A stretch of 64,000 nt of DNA from Takakia lepidozioides (taxonomy: Eukaryota > Plantae > Bryophyta), in NCBI GenBank assembly GCA_030704615.1, contig CM060733.1:72912001-72976000 (forward strand), given 5' to 3'. Positions 44,578-56,278 of the stretch are shown here, one piece after another. The notes beneath the pieces are model-generated. The model saw only the letters and a program-made list of their open reading frames with translations, ran no database searches and was not told the DNA's origin. A program made the position numbers and the translations under genes. The stretch's first letter is position 1, and each line of letters opens with the position of its first letter.

Positions 44578-47500
44578 CCCCGGGCATTCCGATTCCCCGC
44601 CGTCGCTGGGCTGCGGCGCTGCGACGCCTCGTTGCGATTCCCTGACGTCCCTGCATCCCGGGGGCATCGCAGCAAATTGTTGCGACGTCAGGGCGTCGCA
44701 ACCCCCAGTGCGTTGGCAGGGGAGTGGGGTCAGGCTCCTTTCCGGTGACGGCATGACATTGCAAGATGCCACAACGTCGTCCGAGCGTCGGCGTTACGAC
44801 GCCCCGACGTTGCAAGTCCTGAGTTGGGCGTCTGTGCGACGCTGCAGTCGCAGGGGGGTCGGCGCGTCCGGCGCGCCCGGGGTCCTGGCGTTGCTAACCC
44901 CCCTAAACGCGGTCGCAGGGGATCCTCGGTTCAAGGGAGCACCACGTGGCGGCCGATGGCTAGAGGGGGACCAGTGACCAAATTGGACGGGGGATCAAAT
45001 GAGGGGGGGGGGGTACCGGCGATGGCACGGGGGATCGCGCCTCCGATGGGATGAGGGGATCGACGGCGGGGGGAGCGCCACGTGGCGGGCGATTAGGGGT
45101 GGGGGATCACTGCGGGTCCGGAGTGGGGATCAAGCCCAGGTCCGGGGAGCGGCGACGTGTCGAGGGATCGCGCCGTGGATGGAAAGAGGGGATCGGCGGC
45201 GGGGGAGCGCCACGTGCCGTCCGATGGGTGGAGGGGGATCAGTCACCGCATTGGACGGGGATCAACGGAGGGGGGGGTCGGCGACGTGTCGGGAGATCGG
45301 GCCGTCGATGGGAAGAGGGGATCGATGGCGGGGGCAGCGGGAGGATGGCGGGGGGATGAGGGGCGGATGACACACAACATCCACTGTTTGTGAGGTCCGA
45401 TGGATGCGCAGGGGATCGACAGTCCGGGGAGCCGCACGTGGCGGGCGATTGGGGTTGGGGGATCACTCCCGGTCCGGAAGGGGATCAAGGCGCGTCGGGG
45501 GGGAGCGGCGACATCTCGGGGGAGCGCGCCGTGGATGGGAGGAGGGGATCGACGACGGCGGGAGCGCCACGTGGCGATGGGCGCGTCATCAGGGATGCCT
45601 CGGCGTGAGCCTGGTCACGTGAGCGCGTGAGCGCGACTGCGCTCACGCCACGTCACCTTGCGCAAATGCCACGTCACGGGGCTCAGTCCACGTCATCACA
45701 TGTGGAGGCCGAGTCACCACGCACCCAGAAAGAAGTGGAGTGTATTCCCGCGGATTGGCACCCTTTACCGCGGAAACAAGCTGGACGACATAATAAAAGG
45801 CATTGAATAAAGGATGGATGAATGTACAGTTGGATGATAAACAGATGGATGAGTGTGAAAAATGTATGTATGGATGAATGACGGTTGGATAAGAGTAAAA
45901 TGGATGAATGTATAATGGATGTTGAGCAATGACAAAAATTCATGACAGGAAGATGCATGACCAAATCTTTTGACGAATGCACAAAGTATATGAAATGAGT
46001 GTGGAAGGTTTGTGGGGTGGATTAAAGAGTACAGAGGATGAATGTACAATGGATGTTGTACAAAGGAAGCTTTCATGAATGGAGCACGCATGAATACAGT
46101 GTAGATGAATGCACAATGGATATGAGAAGAGTCAGGAAGGTTTGTGAGATGGATTCATACATATAGCAATTTAAACGAAAGTTGATTCTGTGATTATTAT
46201 TTGTTCTAAAGGAACAACTACGGTAGAGGAAGGGGATTCAACGTTTTCCAGATAATATGAAAATGAATATTAAAAGAATACAGTTCAGTCTGACTCAGAG
46301 TCAGTACAATGTATCCCCTCTTCCTCTGCATCTAAGTCTAAGTATTTTAGAACACCGGATCCACGCTGGATACACCTACGGCTGGCCACTAAAAAGTCAG
46401 GGGATAGGGACTCGGCGCGTGAAGTGCCATTGCTTGGCATAAACAGGGAGCAGAAAATTGGAAAGGGGGCTGTCGAAAACAGACTCGCCAGAAATGACTG
46501 TATCTCCTGAAGATCCACCGCTGGCTTTCCTGAAAGACAGCCTGAAAAAGTTATTACTGTAACTTTGATGTTATCGAGAAATTGAGTATGACTCCCAAAG
46601 AGGGTTTAGCACTTATTCACATGAAAAGTCGTTGTCGACCTGCTTATCTTCGGGATCGTCATCATTTGAATTTGAATCCGATCAGTCTGTGTGCCTGAAG
46701 TGGAGCCAGACAAAAGGGGGAGGAGCACGGTGTTGTAGAGGTCAGAATCACCCTCCATGCCAAAAAGGCTTCTTCCGCCTGCCTTGCATGCGTGGTAAGT
46801 TGCTCCTGCACCAGACATGAGAACATAAACAGTTTGGAGGAGGGGATTTAAGCAGATGAAACTGTTGAAAGGAAACCAATTCGGAAGGGAGAAAACGAAC
46901 CTGTGGACACAGAAAGATCGACCACCCGTGCAGAGCGGTGGCTGCATGACTCCAGCAGTATTTGCATGAATGCTGGTGACTTTTCCTTTGCACCTCTCCA
47001 GGGAGTGCCATCTGGTCTCTTCAGAGTCTGACTGGACTGCATGAAGTTGTACAAAATGTCATCGACATGGGGCTCATAGGGGGGGTTGAAGAAACAACCC
47101 TGGTCAGAAATCTCAAAGCTGCGGATGGAGGATGGTGTCTTTGATGTGCGAATCCTCCGCAGGCAGATCGCCTCGAACATCCTCGTCTGCCAAAGATAGC
47201 AGGTTAGTGTGGTAAACACAATCTAAAGTGGAAGTGTGTACATCGGCTATTCAGAACTCTGACACAAAAAAACCATGAATCGTTGATGATCGGTGTCGAT
47301 CATAAAACATTCTACTAGAGTGGAGCTGCAGAGAAAATTGAAACTCATGATCAAAGCACAAGCAGAAGGCAGACGGCATACCAGCTGACCACGGAAACCC
47401 CCTTTCACAAGGTAGAGGCTGTTCACACAATTCCATGTGCGCAAAACTTCAAACCCTGAAGACTTGAGGTATGATGCCAATGCCCGACGACTATCATTGT

Positions 47501-48626
47501 CACATGACTGAAAAAGCAGAAGTGTCCCTGCATCAGAGAGGAAATTGTTACAGAACCCGAATACCCAACTCCAGTAGTTGTCCTCGAATTTGTTCCAGCC
47601 TGGCGTCTTGCCCTTTGGAAGAACTTCTGGCACAGCCTGGCCATCCGGGATGTCGAGAATGACAATGTCGGCCGCATAAGTTTTCTGCACACCGCACACG
47701 AAGGTGGGACCTGTGCTCACCTGCAACAGACATGTTTTTTATAAGAACGATGGCAAGAATGTTTTCAAAGAACAAGACTGAAATACTGCCAACGAAACAT
47801 TCAGAGAAAAAGGAAAGAAACTGGAATTCTCACCAGATTGAGGAATGAGATTATATTGTCCCAGGTAGGGGATGGCACCCCAGTGTATCCTCTCTTTCGA
47901 CTCTGCATCATCGAAAGCCAACCCTCATTAACAATTTTCATCTCTCCTGCTGAATCAGAACGGGAAGGGTGTGGCTTGGCATCGAACACGCACTGAAGAG
48001 TGCGGGTATATCTTCCAGCACTAAAGTCCTGCCCACTCTCCATCTCCTTTTCATTCTCCTTCCCCTTGTCCTTTTCCTTCTCTTTGGACTTGTCTTTGTC
48101 CTTTGGCTTTGCTGGTGAGATGGCTATGACATCAACAGCCTTGTCTTTTGGTTTGCGGCCCGCCTTCTTTCCCTTCTGCGGCGTTCCCTGAGCATCAGGC
48201 TCCTTGGCAGCCAAGGTTGCTATGTTTCGTTGATACTCTTCGTCAGTCAAAGGCGCCAGCATCTCAGCGTTATTGTTCAAGTATTTCATATGCTGTTCTT
48301 GAAAGGTCGTGTGCTCAGGTGGGCAGTCAAGGTACCACCCACAGTCTCTGAAGTGAGAAGGACTCCAGTCCTTCAATATCCCTGCAGTATACATGGTTGG
48401 ATCGTTTGCAGGGTCCGACCACATGTCAAGATAGTCGGGAATTCCGCTCAGGTGATTTCCTTCCATAAGCACATATTTCGTGTACCTGAAAAAAGGAGAT
48501 GAATCCCAACCCACAAAAGCGCTCAGTGAGTAAGATGCAAGTAGAACAGAAAGAATAAAACATGGATTGAAATGGCTCTGACAACTGCTCCAAGGACCTT
48601 TCAGGACCACACTACTGCTCCAGATA

Positions 48627-49349
48627 TGAATGTCGTCAACGCCATTCAGAACATTCCATTCCATGACACTGTAAATACATCCTAATCCAGGTGAATGCAA
48701 ATAATCGATTAGAAATGACACAGACATAGAAGTGAATGTCGTCAACGACATTCAAGAATGAGGCCAAATTATTACTGAAATGAAGCAAAATCACAGGATG
48801 GAAATAAAAAAATTGAGTATGGAACCATCCAGGAAAACTCAATGCACATTCATAACGAACCTATCACTGAGGACCTCACAACATCACTGTATGTGAATGG
48901 CGTCAACGCCATTCACAAAAATACAAAAAAGAAACCAATTACTTAGCTCCCAATCCATGAAAATTGAATTTGTCGCTTTTGAATAATACAGACACAGCTG
49001 TGAATGTCGTCAACGACATTCACTTTGGATTTCTTAAAACAGAGCTTATCAAGCCTCCATATTCATCGCAAGAGGAAAAAACAATGCAGAACAACTGAAT
49101 GTCTGCATTGACATTCAGCAAAATGAAGTGAGGAACCCTCATTGTAACCTCTATGGACATTACAAAAATTTAAATAACCTTGAGGACCTCTCAACAACTC
49201 CGTATGTGAATGTCGTCAACGCCATTCAAGGACATTATCAATTCTAATCAGGGACAATATAATTGCACCCTTAGATCCTAACCAGGTGAATTCATATACT
49301 CGCTTAAGAATGACTCAGACAAAGAAGTGAATGTCGTCAACGACATTCA
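48627..49349. repeat. Intronic array of seven 22-bp palindromes TGAATG(T/G)CGT-CA-ACG(A/C)CATTCA
   Basis: Copies start at 48627, 48733, 48894, 49001, 49096 (variant centre), 49207 and 49328. Confidence 0.92.
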
Positions 49350-51220
49350 ATCTGGATCTAAGATTGCAATCCATATGAAGCCACATTTTTTCCCAAAAAA
49401 ACAGTAGAGTTTCAAGTATGACATTGCACTTGTACACAACTCGCATCATGGCCCACTCTCCTCCAACCTGACTGTCAAAGTCGTTGGACCGTAAAATGTT
49501 ACCATCTTTGGAGAACTCCCGGAAAAAACAGTATCTCCAGGTGAGACCTCTCCACTTCCTTATGTATGCCTCCAATGACATTTGGGGAGGGGAAACAATC
49601 GCAATGTTCAGGTCCTTCAAAGTCTGATCCAGCACAATGACGGCGCGCTTTTCGAGCTGCAAATAGTATATTTGTCAGAATTGCAAAAAAGATACACATC
49701 ACATACTTGAAGAGAAGAAACAGCATGTTTGAATACACACCTGACTCCAAAATGTAGCCTTGTGGAGCCAGTTATCAAACACCAAATCACTGATTCCTTC
49801 CACCTTTGTGCCAGGCTGTATGGTGCTCTTTGGGAACTGATTCAAGTCCTTTACTGTTTGATCTGAGTTCCATATCTCCAGCCACCTTATTTTTGTTTGT
49901 GGGTCGACCATCGATATGGCCAGCCGGTGCAATTTCTCCTGCTGCATCTCCGGATGCACATGCTTGTCATAGTGTGTTTTGATCTGCTGAAGGAACTCAG
50001 GACCAAGTCCAGGATCTACTATTCTAAGCTGCTTTCCGAAGGCTGACATCAATTTGGTTCTTCGCATCTCAAACTCCTTCTTTATTGCAGCTTCCACACC
50101 CTTTGATGTCCTTAGTTCCTCTGGTGTAGTGCGGTAATATTCGGATTTTCCCTTCTCAGCTGCCTCTGCCAGTTCTTGCTGCATTCATTCAAGTAGTGAT
50201 TAGCTCCGAAGGGACTCTAAACATGTATTCGAAAATAAACAGATTACAGACTCGGGCTTACCGCATACATGTACTCCAGAAACGCCTCTCGTGTCAAAGA
50301 ATACCAAGTGCCTGCAGCTCTTCATGTTTCGCACTTCTTGATGATATTGGGTGGTAGTACTGTCCGAAAATCATCCAGCTTCATCAGACCAATCCTCTGA
50401 ATTCGGAATAGGGTGTGAACCAAGCTTGTTGTCACATGCGATTTCTCTGTCGATCTGCAAAAACATTGGAAACATTGCATTCCTTAACACTGTTTTTTGA
50501 GGATTAACAAGACACTACAGAGGGAATCAAATCTCCTGGATGACTTACTTGTTCACGTCGTGCATAGCTGTAAGAAGCCTAGCGATGTCGTTTCCTGGAT
50601 CCAAAACCATTGCCTCCACAGCAACATGCTTGTCTTTGTCTTTCGAATGGTGTTTCTGAATGTATCCCATCCATGCCAGCAATCGGTGGTTGCCGTCCCA
50701 GACGTAGAACATGTGGTTGCAAAATTGCTGGGTGTTCTTTCCCATCATGAGGCCCAGCTCGAACTCCTCATTGGCATCTTTCCAGCACTCATCCCAGTTA
50801 TCACTGATCTCTGGAGAAACTAATGTGCTTTTCCCATTTATATCCGTCAGTGACACATAAAAAACTTGTGCACCAAGTCTATATCCATGCACAAAATCAC
50901 TCTCCAATTTTGTTATGTCATGGGAAAGAGGTGGACGCACAACAGGCATTGATATCATCCGGCACAGAGGTATGTCCAGACGCCCTCCAGATACGAGCAT
51001 GTCCCTTATAACCTCCTGAGAGTTTACCTTCTGGAATGACATGAGTTCTTTCACCTTGTCAAGGTAGTGCACTTCGGATTCATCTGCTTCATCTGTATTC
51101 TCTGAGCTTTTTGCGGACTCGTCCCCATCTCCAGATCCTTTCCCCTCTGATCCTGTAGGCTTCGACCTCACAGTTTTCTGCACGATGCCATTCAGTTCTG
51201 ACTAAGCGATTTGCAAATAG

Positions 51221-51539
51221 TGAATGGCGGTAACGACAATCACTCTGTATCAAGGAAACTCACCATGAATGGTGTGAAAGAATTCAGCACAATCTACACA
51301 TGCAAAGCCGAGACTGCCGTATTCAAAACAAAAGCGAGAGCGATAGCGAACGGCGTTAACGACAATCACAAAAGATAACAACCTGTCGGATCGGTGTTGT
51401 GTAATGACATATATGTGCAACTGATTGGCGGCAACGACATTCAGTGTAGTTTAGGGAGAATAGTAAGTGGAGACTCTCTCTTCAAACACATAGGTACATA
51501 AATCTCATGAGCATAATCGAATGGCGTTAACGACGCTCG
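51221..51539. repeat. Second intronic cluster of the same 22-bp palindrome (four degenerate copies)
   Basis: TGAATGGCGGTAACGACAATCA (51221), CGAACGGCGTTAACGACAATCA (51347), TGATTGGCGGCAACGACATTCA (51422), CGAATGGCGTTAACGACGCTCG (51518). Confidence 0.75.
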
Positions 51540-52772
51540 CGATTCAGTAGTTCCTTCTAAAGAATGGAAGAGGAAGGACTCCTTGAAAGGCAATCAGACA
51601 GACTTTATGATAAAACTTACTGGCACCTTCTTAGGTTTTGAAATTTGATCCCCTTCTGCAGCTTTCCTCTTCCCTCTCACATCTGCTGGAGTTTCTGTCT
51701 GCGCAAGGGTTTCTTGACCTTCTTCAGGTTCGGCGTTCCGCGTGCTTCCACCTTCTTCAGTGTCCTTGCGATTCATCTCTGCCTCCACAGGCTGGCGCAC
51801 TCTTATCGCCGACTGTGTCGCAGCCGCTGCCTCAGTCTCCGTCTGCTCTTGTGAATCAGTCTCCGCGTTCACCTGCTGCCTTGGCCCTGTGTTCTCCAAC
51901 AAACGACGCCTCGTCATTTTCTCTCTTGCTCTGCGTCTCTCTCTAAGGGAAGTAAAATAAAGAGACTTTCTTCTCTTTCGTATTCTAGAAGGAACCCTCT
52001 CCAGCTTGACTACCACTCTCCCTCTAAGCACGAAAAGTAGAAAAACGCAGTGACTCCCGATTTCTTGCGGGATTGCCTGTGTTCTTGCGTGTCTCTAGAA
52101 GCATCGGATTCCCTCCCGCGTGACCGTTACACATAGTCATTTCCTTATTAGTGCACATGCCAGCAATTGGTGTACAGCTGTTCGTATTCAGTTATGGATG
52201 TCTGACGTGTGCCGCCCAAAACAAAACGGCGTGTTCTAAATTATAACGGGTTCAATATTTAAAAAGAACAGCGAATCCCAGAAATTGATGCGCAGTCTTA
52301 AACAAATAAATATAAATGAACGAGAGTTTGATGACAAATTTTGGAATATCATACACGGTCATCCTTGTTATCCAAACCCCACATTCGTTGCACATTTGGA
52401 ACTTTCCAGGTGCGCATGATCATTGGTAGTAGTATATAGATACATTTACTTAATCTGCAATCCCATTCTCGGATCCTGTGGCATGCTTCCAGGAAGTCGG
52501 CTTTGTTATTGGGTTTATTGATGAGGTTCTGATTAACGGTTTAACAGTTGCCGACACTGTCCCTATGGATTCTCTGACCACTGGGCCCACAAGAAAAGTA
52601 ATTAAAATGGACGGCTGCATATCTGGAATAAATAACAGAATATGCACAGTCGTTATCTGAGCTTCCTCCGCCATATGCTCTGCTCATTCTTCAACTGTGT
52701 TCTGGAGACAGCAGTAAACCGATTTACACTAGATCTGCGATAGCAAGGTACAAACATACTCGAGGAAGGAAG

Positions 52773-55700
52773 ATGGCTTCCTCTGAAGCGGAGTTCTTCT
52801 CAGACGACAAACCAGTGCCGTTCTCCCAGGAAGTCCTTGACAATGGATTTGCAATTGTTCTGGAACATGTCTTGGCTACCCGTTTTCAGCTGCAGAATGG
52901 CTCCATCTTTTTGGAGAAAGAGGTTTACGATCTGAAAGGGAAGTTGGTGAAATATTCTTTCCAAAACCGTGATGAGACGGCTCATATCAGCCAGTGGAGA
53001 GTGCTTCCTGGTCGATACAGAGTACTTGGAGAGCCTCGGCGAAAGTCCCTTGGGTCATATGTGACGCCCGGGACTGCTGCTTCGGTCGTTGAAGACAAGA
53101 GGGAGGTGGTGGTGAAAAAAGAACAGACTTCCTCCACTCCAATCGTTGAGCTTTCGGATTCTTCCGATGATGACATAAGTGAAATTCCAAATCCAGTCCT
53201 TCCTACTGTGGTTGCAGAAGCTGATGAAGAAGAGATTTGTAGTGTCATTCCAAAATTGCGGGCGATGGGAGGAATGGCTGGATTCAAAAGTGAGTTGCGG
53301 GGAATTGATTGGGAATCTTTGAAGCAGGTGCCTGTGAAGTTCTTGCCGGAGACTTTTGATGGCGATATCCTATTCGAGCTGCCTCCTCCTCCGCGAGTTG
53401 GAGGTGTAACAATCATGATGCATGGAATGGACAAGAAACACGACGGGCACCCGTGGTGCAGAACAAAAACATCCAATATTCAGAATGATGACAAGCTTGT
53501 TTTCAGGAGGACAGTTTGCAATGGACACCTTAGGTGTGATAATTTGAATTGCAGACACTTTCTTCAGTCTGGAGTTCATAATCAAAGCGAATGGGAGGGT
53601 CTGGCGGAGAATCCATTTCAGCCTGGGACTGCCCCTCCACCGGCAAACACTTTCGTCTGCAAATTCTGCAAACTTGTGCCATCCTGCTTGGCGCTCTGCG
53701 GAGCAAGAATGTACTATGTTGTCCACCGTTTGAATACAATGACGAGAGCTTGTGTGCATTTTGGATTCCATAACCATCCTGTCTCGAAGGGGGATTACAG
53801 GGAGAGTGTTGAGACAGTATCGAGGTTGATCAAACAGGAGTTCGGGAGAAACCCATCCGCAACAACATCTGCAATTGCTCTTGGCGCAAGCAAGTCCTTC
53901 TTGGAAAGCCATATTTTGAGTGAAGGAGATTCTGTGGGGACTAAACTTGACGGTGCAGCATTGGACCTGGTCATGGATCATTTCTCCACTTTAAGTTCAC
54001 CTAACATTCGGCATCAGATCAATGCATTGAGAATGGGCTCTGGGATCAGAGGCTACATAGACAATATTTTGGAATTGAAACGACTGAGCAAGTACGATTA
54101 CATCCAGGACAATGTATTCCCAGGTCAAGGTGCCATCAAAGTTTTTCTTTTCAAAATGTCGACTGTTGGGGAGGGCAGTGGGGTTAGCCTCGTGAAGCGG
54201 ATGCAGAAGACTGGGGACTTGCAGAACTGTTTTCTTATGTTTGATCATGTGAAACGAGTGAAGGATTGGACGACAATGGCTTGTCATGTCTACGATCCAG
54301 TGTACCAACGAGTTATGACAATTGCAGTTTGTGACATGCAATCCGAGGATACGGAATCCCAGAAGCTCATGTGGAATTCCCTGATACGTCATCATGGGCT
54401 GCCATCTCCAAATTTCGCAGGTTTCATGGCGGATAGTGCTCAAGCAAATTTCAATGCTATTCGTATTGTCTTCGGATCGGGCGACCCAAAAGTGCCTATG
54501 CCAGGAAGAGAGCGTACATGTCTATTCCATTGGACACAATCTCTGGAAAAACATACAAAGTCGGACATCAAACCAGAGATGCAGACTCAGCACCGTAAAT
54601 TGTGCAAAGAGTACAAAGATGCTAGAACAATGAAGGAGGCGGACACTTTGTTCCAGACAATTCGTGCCTGGTGGTTCTCTTCTGGAGCTGCATCACTTGA
54701 GAGTATGAGAGCATTGGAAGATTGGCTGGCGTTTTGGCACTTCCGGTATAGACAGTGGGGAGCAGCCATGACAATGGTACGAGGCTTCTATTTCATGCTT
54801 TATTCATACATTTGCTTTCCATATTTTTGACTCATTGCTTTCTTTATGTTGTTTCCTGTGCACTCTTCTGAAGTGTGGTTATCCTCTTTGCAGAACATGT
54901 CCATTGAGGAAATGGCGGACATGCCATCTTGCAATTTGGCAGAAACTGTGCACAATGCATGGTTGCAGCAGTCTGGGAAACGAGGTCGGGATTTGTATGT
55001 GGCAACAACAGATGATTTGATACGTGCCTTGCAACAACAAACCCGATACCGTGATTTCTTACGAGGTGGGGTTGGTGGCAAGGGTCCGGACAAATCGGAG
55101 TTGATGTTGCGTGCTGCAAACAGATCTGGGGATCCAATCAAGATAGCACGGGCGGTGAGCATGTATGCCCAGGGAACGCCACTTGTTTCTAGAGTTCCAC
55201 ATCTTGAAGGGGAGGAGAGATTCGGCTCCTGTAAGAGGAAATTGAACACTCCACCTGGTTCGGATTCAGATTCCCACAGGGCAGACCGTGATAACTTCTC
55301 GAAGCCTCGTGTTCCCCTGCATGACAGCTCCATGTCCGGAACCTCCATTGTGGAGGAACCTCCAACACGACGGCAAGCTCCAGCATCAAACCGTGCCACT
55401 GAAATGGTGCAGGAGAGAAACAACCCCCTTGATGTGCTTGAGTCCGCATGCCCCGACCACGTTTGGCACATAGAACGCACAAGTGTCGGGTCTCGTGTGA
55501 AATGTACAGCGATCAGGGCAACTAATTTCGAGAAGTGCACTTCATCTATATCCAGAGGTGGTGCCCGAACTCCTGCTCCGACTTTCACGGGCTTGATGCG
55601 TCCATACGGTCAACCAGAAGCCAAGAACCACAAGTTCTGGTTCTGCGCAGATGATTGTGCCAGATGTGTGCATGGAACTGTGCGTCCTTCCGTAGTGATG

Positions 55701-56278
55701 AAGCCATCTCCTCCAACCGTTTGGCCCGTGAAGGTGGGAACACATCTCAGCTTTCAGGAGATTGAAATGCTGGAGGAGGCAGGTTTTTCCCTTGCGAGAC
55801 AACCCAACTCCATGCATGTGCTACTACTCCTGCGTCTCCCCGGGTCCCCCCGGCAAATCCTGACTTGTGGCCAACCAAACGAGATGGAAAGCTCGTTCGG
55901 CGTTTCCCTCCAACCGCTGAACACTTTGGCAAAGTGGAGTCCGCAAGAATGCTCCAAGCTCGTGTCGGAAGCACCACGGAAGTACCCGATCCAGGATATG
56001 GTCGGGTATTCACAATCATCACTTCCACATCTGCTGTTCATGACAGGACCTACGACATCACGGTTTCCAATTTCCCCAATTGCACATGTCCTGATTTTGT
56101 GAATATGCTATCAACCAGTTTGGGCAAGAGAGGTAAATTCATACCCTGCAAACATTTGTATTTCATATTTTTGAGGAGGATGGTTTGCGATCCCAAACGT
56201 GACAACTTCATTCACCAGGCCACTATGAGTTTCAACGAGGTCGATACTCTTTTGCAGCGGGATACAACACATGGGTAG
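52773..56278 (+). CDS. MULE-family DDE transposase with GCM-like N-terminal Zn domain and C-terminal SWIM finger; 2 exons, frameshift near 55800
   Basis: Exon 1 52773-54776, phase-0 intron, exon 2 from 54894. Motifs LMFDH, FMADSAQANFNAIRIVF, TCLFHW (CxxH), SCNLAETVHNAW. SWIM YDITVSNFPNCTCPDF...PCKHLY. N-terminal DGHPW...CNGHLRC...CKFC...GFHNHP. Confidence 0.82.

Larger units (their letters stand above)
46606..51917 (-). pseudogene. ParB/Srx-domain plus beta-class amino-(N6A/N4C) DNA methyltransferase-like fusion; ~9 exons, ~1080 aa; this copy has a premature stop
   Basis: Exons 51917-51621, 51177-50549, 50454-50262, 50178-49741, 49656-~49430 (donor uncertain), 48485-47834, 47720-47382, 47186-46901 and 46805-~46610; resolved junctions are phase-compatible. 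ParB motif FYVWDGNHRLLAW. MTase motifs ADIVILDIPDG, FLSDAGTLLLF, KEKSPAFMQILLESCS, RVVDLSVSTG|ATYHAC..GRSLFGMEGD. TGA at 50324-50322. Confidence 0.75.

Noticed and set aside
44447-45630. Multiple overlapping Gly/Arg-rich ORFs (also 38343-39098 and 56722-57727)
   Set aside because: Stop-poor GC-rich repeat sequence with no domain signal.
48627-49349. CRISPR array
   Set aside because: Eukaryotic intron, no cas genes, spacers 73-139 bp and partly related to each other. Kept as a palindrome array.
46606-56278. Bacterial or phage contamination explaining the ParB-MTase
   Set aside because: The gene has multiple phase-compatible GT-AG introns and lies among plant genes and TEs.
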